From an uncultured Nitrospiraceae bacterium (GTDB taxonomy: Bacteria; Nitrospirota; Nitrospiria; Nitrospirales; Nitrospiraceae), in contig CAVPLT010000001.1 of the NCBI GenBank assembly GCA_963706325.1, positions 832,001 to 896,000 of the forward strand: a stretch of DNA of 64,000 bases. Reading direction: 5' to 3'. The notes below the pieces were generated by a model, which did not search any database, was not told the origin of the DNA, and was given only the letters and a program-made list of their open reading frames with translations. The position numbers were made by a program, and so were the translations under genes. Positions 60,442-64,000 of this stretch are shown here, in pieces; position 1 is the first letter of the stretch; each line of letters begins with the position of its first letter.

Positions 60442-60678
60442 GCAGGATGGTCAAAAGGGTCGTTTAGCGCGGCTGCGGCGATGTCAGGGAGCGGAGGCCA
60501 CAGCGTTCTTACCTACCCTGAGTCTTCCGGGACAGGCTCTTTTGCCCCTGTGCGGCACCCTGAGTCTCGGAGGTTCACGACGCGACGAATAAGGAGCGTC
60601 ACGCTTGTGAACGCCGCCGAGATGTGAGGCGGCAGTGTCTTCGCGAGAACAAAGCCGACGGCCTCTTCAATATCCTGC
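60442..60678 (-). mobile_element. MITE-like repeat, long variant with internal duplication
   Basis: TIRs GCAGGATGGTCAAAAG / CTTCAATATCCTGC; ACCCTGAGTCT direct repeat at 60515 and 60557. Confidence 0.75.
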
Positions 60679-61250
60679 TATTCCTTAACCACAAATTTGC
60701 CGCGTTTGGGCCACGACAACATTTGAGTCCGCTGGCCTTTCTCCCCGTTGCTGAGCAATTTCACTCGCACTTCATATTCGTACGATCCGATCGGAACTTG
60801 GAGTTTGTTGTGGTCGAGTCCGTCCCAGGCGAGGTCGATGTGCACGCGTTTTTGTGCGGGGTCCCCGCTGCCATTCGTGTCCGACAGAACGTGTTCATTC
60901 ACCGGTTGACGGATGGAGAGGAAGCGCAAGGACGTCATAGAGGAGGACATGACCAGGGCAGAGACCTCCAGCATCAATTGCTCATTGATGTCTTTAGGCA
61001 ATTGCACCGTGGCGATGAAATGAAACGGTCCATCTTGTGGGCGATAGGGCATCGGCGCAGCGTGCAGGGTGAGGATCTTCAATTCAGGCTCAGGTCGGGG
61101 GACCAACGATTTGCCCTTAGTCTTGGCCAGCACATCCACGCTCTGTCCTGCCAGCATGAAGACAATACTCAACAAGATGAGTAGGCCGAACCGTCTTTTC
61201 TGTGGTGTGCGCAAGTCGGTGGTATTGGTGAGCCGGCTGGAATTGATCAT
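60678..61250 (-). CDS. Exported protein with FlgD-like Ig domain
   Basis: TM/signal segment, WDGLD..VPIGSYEYEV. Confidence 0.65.
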   Translation of the reverse strand: MINSSRLTNTTDLRTPQKRRFGLLILLSIVFMLAGQSVDVLAKTKGKSLVPRPEPELKILTLHAAPMPYRPQDGPFHFIATVQLPKDINEQLMLEVSALVMSSSMTSLRFLSIRQPVNEHVLSDTNGSGDPAQKRVHIDLAWDGLDHNKLQVPIGSYEYEVRVKLLSNGEKGQRTQMLSWPKRGKFVVKE

Positions 61251-61421
61251 CGGTTGTCGACGTCGCACGAAGTGAGTTGACGAACTGATCGGATGTAAGT
61301 GTTTACTGGGGATAACACAGCTTCGCAGGGCTGTCAACGAAGGAGCGGAATGATTGCTGTCTGGATGCGGCTCCGGTAAGATGCCGCTCGATCGCGCACG
61401 AAAGCGCATGGTAGGAGCGAT

Positions 61422-62633
61422 GTGGTGAAGCACCTTCATTTCGACTGTTTCTCGGGCGTCAGCGGCGACATGATTTTGGGTGCGCTGGTGCATGCGGGCT
61501 TGCCGTTCAAGGACTTGGTACGCGGTCTTGCCCGGTTGCAAATCGAAGGGTTTCGTCTCACGCAGAAGTCGGTGGAACGCGGGGCTCTTTCGGCGATGAA
61601 AGTCGATGTGCTGATCGACAAAGGCTTTCGAGCTCCGTTGACGCTGGCGCAAATCAAACGGATTCTTCAGAAAAGCGGATTGCCTGCCGTCGTTAAAGAA
61701 CAAAGCCAGGCGGTGTTCGATCGATTGGCCGATGCCGAGGGAAAGGCCCACGGCGTTGAGCCGTCGAAGGTGCATTTTCACGAGGTAGGCGTCATCGATT
61801 CTTTCGTCGATGTCGTCGGCGGTGTCCTGGGTCTGCACCTGATGGGGATTCAGCGCGTGACGGCCTCCGCAATCAATGTGGGATCCGGTACCCTCACGTC
61901 AGCCCACGGTTCCTTGCCTGTGCCGGGACCGGCGGTCGCCGCGCTCGCTGTCGGACTTCCCATTTATGCTCAAGGCCCAGCACGTGAGCTCGCGACGCCG
62001 ACCGGCGTCGCATTGGTGCGTACCTTGGCTACAGAATTCGGTTCCTTGCCTCGAATGCAGGTGCGTCATGTTGGATATGGAGCCGGCACGGCCGATCCGG
62101 CTCAGTGGCCGAACGTGTTACGAGTCTTTGTCGGCGACGCAGCGGACAGGGAGGTCGGTTCAGTGGAGACGATCGTGGAACTTCAGACGAACATCGACGA
62201 CCTCAACCCGCAAGTCTACGAGACCGTGTTCGAGCGGGTGTTTGCGGCCGGCGCCGTGGATGTCACGCTCGCGCCCGTGATGATGAAAAAGGGTCGACCC
62301 GGCAATGTGTTGTCCGTACTGGCGCCTCGCGAGAAGGCCGAGGCCGTGTTAGCGGTGTTGTTCGCCGATACGACGGCATTGGGCATTCGGACCCAGGAGG
62401 TGCAGCGACGGGTCTTGCCGCGTCGGTTCACCTCGGTCCAAGTGGAGGGGCACGATGTTCGCATCAAATTGGCGGACCAGGAGCCGGGGCGCGTCAAGGC
62501 GTTACCTGAATACGAAGATTGCCGACGCATTGCGGAACAAAGCGGGCGTCCGGTGAAGGATATTCTCGAGACGGCGATGCGGATATATCGTCAGTCGCAA
62601 GACAAACGGCGAAGGGTCAAAGTGAGCAAGTGA
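61422..62633 (+). CDS. larC: Nickel insertion protein LarC
   Basis: DCFSGVSGDM, HFHEVG, AHG..PVP, TPTG, NIDD, MKKGRP, PEYED. Confidence 0.92.
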   Translation: MVKHLHFDCFSGVSGDMILGALVHAGLPFKDLVRGLARLQIEGFRLTQKSVERGALSAMKVDVLIDKGFRAPLTLAQIKRILQKSGLPAVVKEQSQAVFDRLADAEGKAHGVEPSKVHFHEVGVIDSFVDVVGGVLGLHLMGIQRVTASAINVGSGTLTSAHGSLPVPGPAVAALAVGLPIYAQGPARELATPTGVALVRTLATEFGSLPRMQVRHVGYGAGTADPAQWPNVLRVFVGDAADREVGSVETIVELQTNIDDLNPQVYETVFERVFAAGAVDVTLAPVMMKKGRPGNVLSVLAPREKAEAVLAVLFADTTALGIRTQEVQRRVLPRRFTSVQVEGHDVRIKLADQEPGRVKALPEYEDCRRIAEQSGRPVKDILETAMRIYRQSQDKRRRVKVSK

Positions 62634-62691
62634 AAGTCGCGACTGTCGTCGTCTCCGTGTTCCTGCGCCCTTCCCTCTCACGAGGCCTCCG

Positions 62692-63705
62692 GTGACAATC
62701 CTCTTCTATGCGGGATTGTTTCTGGCCTCGGTCATCATCACCCTCGCGGGATGCCATCTCTTCACGAATGGAATCGAATGGCTGGGGAAGCGACTGAACA
62801 TTTCCGAGGGCGCGGTAGGGAGTGTGTTTGCGGCGGTGGGGACGACTCTGCCGGAGACTTCAATACCGATCATCGCGATTTTTTTCGGGGCCGGTCGCGA
62901 GCAGGCGGAAGTCGGGTTAGGAGCGATACTCGGGGCGCCGTTTATGCTCAGCACGCTGGTCTTGCCGATTCTGGCGTTCCTGCTGTTGCTCTATGCCAGA
63001 ATTGGGAAACGGACCGCGACCTTCAAGCTCAACTATGGCGACGTGCGGGTCGATATCATATTTTTTCTCATCGCGTATGTCCTGGCGTTAACCTGTGCTT
63101 TCAGTCCCTCGCGTCTGCTTCATGCAGTCGTTGCGATCGCCCTGATCGGCCTCTACGTGTACTATATGAAACTCAAATTCTCGGCGGAGGATGAGGAATC
63201 CGAGGGGGGTGGTGCACTCGAGCCGTTGCTGTTTGCGCGCAGGTCGCCTCGTCCGACATATGTCGTGATCGCGGCGCAAGGTATAGTCGGACTGTTGGGG
63301 TTGGTCGGAGGAGCGCACCTGTTCGTGACTGCGGCGAATTCCATTTCAACGGAAATGCAAGTCTCGCCGCTGATCCTCGCATTACTGATCGCGCCCTTGG
63401 CTACCGAGTTGCCGGAAATGTCCAATAGCTTTCTCTGGCTCTATCGCAAGAAGGATCGGTTGGCTGTCGGTAATGTCACCGGCGCTATGGTCTTTCAGGG
63501 CATGATTCCCGTGTCGGTCGGATTGCTTGGTACCGAATGGGTGCTGGGAACAACGGCGGTGGCGACCATGGTCCTGGCCGTATTCGCTATGGGGATGAAT
63601 TTGCTGCAAGTGCTATGGTCCGGTCAGTGGCGCCCCTGGTTGCTGAGCGCCAGCGCCATCCTGTACCTTGGGTACACACTGTTTCTGTACACACATGGCT
63701 CATAA
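62692..63705 (+). CDS. Sodium:calcium antiporter (CaCA family)
   Basis: GTTLPE and ATELPE alpha repeats; multiple TM segments. Confidence 0.85.
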   Translation: MTILFYAGLFLASVIITLAGCHLFTNGIEWLGKRLNISEGAVGSVFAAVGTTLPETSIPIIAIFFGAGREQAEVGLGAILGAPFMLSTLVLPILAFLLLLYARIGKRTATFKLNYGDVRVDIIFFLIAYVLALTCAFSPSRLLHAVVAIALIGLYVYYMKLKFSAEDEESEGGGALEPLLFARRSPRPTYVVIAAQGIVGLLGLVGGAHLFVTAANSISTEMQVSPLILALLIAPLATELPEMSNSFLWLYRKKDRLAVGNVTGAMVFQGMIPVSVGLLGTEWVLGTTAVATMVLAVFAMGMNLLQVLWSGQWRPWLLSASAILYLGYTLFLYTHGS

Positions 63706-64000
63706 ACGTCCGACGAGTCCGCAACGCCCCGTTTTGGGTCTCACCATGGGAGATCCCGCCGGAATCGGACCGGAGGTGATTGCCAAGGCATTGGCCGATA
63801 AGGCGTTGGCGCGCATGTGCTGCCCGGTGGTTGTGGGTTCCCGCGCCGTCATGGAACGAACGATCGCATCCATGCAACTGCCGCTGCAAGTGGTGGACTT
63901 CGATCCGGCGAACATCGCCCGACTGAAAGGTGGGCAGGTCGCGGTCGTAGATGCTTTGAAAAGTCCGCTGCCAAGATTTCGCATGGGTGTGGCGGCGGAT
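63695..64000 (+). CDS. pdxA: 4-hydroxythreonine-4-phosphate dehydrogenase, partial
   Basis: LGLTMGDPAGIGPEVIAKAL; runs off the window end. Confidence 0.85.
   Translation, partial: MAHKRPTSPQRPVLGLTMGDPAGIGPEVIAKALADKALARMCCPVVVGSRAVMERTIASMQLPLQVVDFDPANIARLKGGQVAVVDALKSPLPRFRMGVAAD

Noticed and set aside
61251..61838. Long N-terminal extension of ORF 60678..61838
   Set aside because: Antisense shadow of larC; the real start is likely 61250.
1..64000. CRISPR arrays, tRNA/rRNA, integrases, transposases
   Set aside because: No regularly spaced repeats, cloverleaf signatures or recombinase motifs were seen by eye.

Overview
Gene-dense, GC-rich bacterial chromosome segment. It most resembles a Nitrospira-type genome, inferred from gene content, many stand-alone PilZ and Zn-ribbon proteins and a characteristic intergenic repeat. 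Core content: zwf, msrA, ttcA, gpmA, an argDFGH-lipoprotein-lysA-dapA-dapB operon, transaldolase, UDG, lytic transglycosylase, glycerate kinase, rmuC, panC-folK-dapL, wzm/wzt, a phospholipid methyltransferase, truD, gpsA, larB/larC and a partial pdxA. No tRNA, rRNA, CRISPR array, transposase or prophage was seen. Most notable observations: (1) a split, order-reversed ArgZ/AgrE-like pair (ornithine cyclodeaminase + arginine dihydrolase) that with argFGH would complete an ornithine-ammonia cycle; (2) a coupled zincin peptidase + non-canonical Ddl-like ATP-grasp ligase pair, a candidate peptide ligation/removal system; (3) five copies of a modular MITE-like element, four abutting TAG stop codons; (4) a rifampin-phosphotransferase-like dikinase; (5) a LonN-ABC-SirB1 operon; (6) recurrent TTGACN-N18-TANNNT promoters implying leaderless mRNAs, and a tandem-hairpin 5' leader on the methyltransferase. 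All family assignments come from motif recognition by eye; no searches were run.
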